From Archangiaceae bacterium (GTDB taxonomy: Bacteria; Myxococcota; Myxococcia; Myxococcales; Myxococcaceae), in assembly GCA_043750125.1 (NCBI GenBank), contig JAYVCD010000176.1:1-29528 (forward strand): 29,528 nt of DNA, written 5' to 3'. Below, piece by piece: positions 28,426 to 29,528 of this stretch (positions are counted from its first letter, which is position 1; each line of letters begins with the position of its first letter). The notes beneath the pieces were generated by a model. That model did no database searches and had not been told where the DNA came from. It was given only the letters and a program-made list of their open reading frames with translations. Position numbers and translations under genes: made by a program.

Positions 28426-29357
28426 AGCCCTTCGTTCACCCCCAAGGTCTCTGCGAAGCAACGGACGTAGGCGAAGGCACCCGCATCTGGGCCTTCGCGC
28501 ACGTGTTGCCCAAGGCGCGCATCGGCCGGGACTGCAACATCTGCGACTACGTGTTCATCGAAAACGACGTGGTGGTCGGCGACCGGGTGACGATCAAGAG
28601 CGGCGTCCAGCTGTGGGACGGGGTGACGTTGGAAGACGACGTCTTCGTCGGGCCCAACGCGACGTTCACCAACGACCTGTTCCCGCGCAGCAAGCAGTAC
28701 CCCGAAAAGTTTTCCCGCACCCTGGTGCGCAAAGGAGCGTCGATCGGCGCCAACGCGACGCTGCTGCCGGGGGTGACCATCGGGCAGAACGCGATGATCG
28801 GCGCAGGTGCGGTGGTGACTCAAGACGTGCCTCCGAATGCGGTGGTGGTGGGAAACCCCGCGCGAATCTCGGGGTACGTCGACGCGCGCCATCGCAAACC
28901 GGCGGCCCAGGCACAGCCCAGCGGCGCCCAGCCGGTTCAGTCCAAGGTCAAAGGGGTGAAGCTCTGGTCGCTGGCGCTGCGCGGTGACATTCGGGGCGAG
29001 CTGACGGCGATGGAGTTCGACAAGGATCTGCCGTTCAAGCCGCTGCGTTCGTTCCTGGTGTTCAACGTCCCCAACGAGAAAGTCCGCGGAGAGCATGCCC
29101 ATCGGGTCTGCCACCAATTGCTGATGTGCGTGCATGGCTCGGTGCACGCGTTGGCCGACGATGGTGAGCACCGCGAAGAATTCGTGCTCGACCGTCCGAC
29201 GCTGGCGCTGCACCTGCCGCCGATGACGTGGGGCACCCAGTACCGCTACTCGCCGGACGCAGTGATGCTGGTGTTCGCGTCGCACGGCTACGACTCAGCC
29301 GACTACATTCGCGAGTACGACAGCTTTCTCGCCGAACTGCCGAATCGACCTCGCTGA
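28422..29357 (+). CDS. wxcM: WxcM-like bifunctional hexapeptide N-acetyltransferase / FdtA-type cupin 3,4-ketoisomerase
   Basis: N-terminal hexapeptide repeats (TRIWAFAHVL, CNICD, FTNDLFPRSK, VGNPAR) plus C-terminal cupin (DIRGEL, VRGEHAH, LHLPPMTW, YIREY); GTGA overlap. Confidence 0.88.
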   Translation: MKPFVHPQGLCEATDVGEGTRIWAFAHVLPKARIGRDCNICDYVFIENDVVVGDRVTIKSGVQLWDGVTLEDDVFVGPNATFTNDLFPRSKQYPEKFSRTLVRKGASIGANATLLPGVTIGQNAMIGAGAVVTQDVPPNAVVVGNPARISGYVDARHRKPAAQAQPSGAQPVQSKVKGVKLWSLALRGDIRGELTAMEFDKDLPFKPLRSFLVFNVPNEKVRGEHAHRVCHQLLMCVHGSVHALADDGEHREEFVLDRPTLALHLPPMTWGTQYRYSPDAVMLVFASHGYDSADYIREYDSFLAELPNRPR

Positions 29358-29358
29358 C

Positions 29359-29528
29359 ATGTATTCGCTGGTCATCCCGGTCTACCGAAACGAGAGCAAC
29401 CTTCCGTCGTTGCTCGAGGCGCTCGACACCCTGCGGGGGTCCTTGGCCGACCCGCTGGAAGTGGTGTTCGTGGCCGACGGAACCCCGGACCGTTGCGTCG
29501 AGCTGTTGCGCGAGAAGCTGCCCACCGT
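29359..29528 (+). CDS. GT2 glycosyltransferase, N-terminal fragment (runs off right edge)
   Basis: Hand translation from ATG 29359: MYSLVIPVYRNESNLPSLLEAL...LEVVFVADGTPDRC, 1 bp after the wxcM stop. Confidence 0.85.
   Translation, partial: MYSLVIPVYRNESNLPSLLEALDTLRGSLADPLEVVFVADGTPDRCVELLREKLPT

Overview
High-GC window that looks myxobacterial (TonB-C/TBDR fusion, FecR-type anti-sigma, sigma54-type promoter). No RNA genes, CRISPR arrays or transposases were seen. It has three blocks. (1) 1-10.8 kb, mostly minus strand: a cluster I recognise from memory as an FtsH-type 'ternary' NTP-dependent conflict system. It comprises a soluble AAA+/M41 protease, an NrdG-like radical SAM protein and four uncharacterised partners, one of which is a >800 aa gene running off the left edge that the ORF track misses. 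The cluster is interleaved with an ECF sigma/anti-sigma pair, a DUF4863/PnbB-like cupin and an internally shortened FIST protein. (2) 10.9-17.6 kb: pfkA, a TonB-C-fused TonB-dependent receptor, a lipoprotein whose signal peptide is expanded by in-frame REP-like repeats, and an orphan PlpX-like (splicease-family) radical SAM/SPASM enzyme. (3) 17.8-29.5 kb: a surface-glycosylation locus with gmd/fcl, an aminotransferase plus WxcM-like enzyme for a 3-acetamido-3,6-dideoxyhexose, three GT2s, a GT-C membrane transferase and three methyltransferase domains. The best leads are the ECF module apparently transcriptionally coupled to the conflict-system protease, a strong internal ribosome-binding site suggesting a nested second product of the anti-sigma gene, the repeat-invaded lipoprotein signal peptide, and the precursor-less splicease. 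All family assignments come from motif recognition, not database searches.
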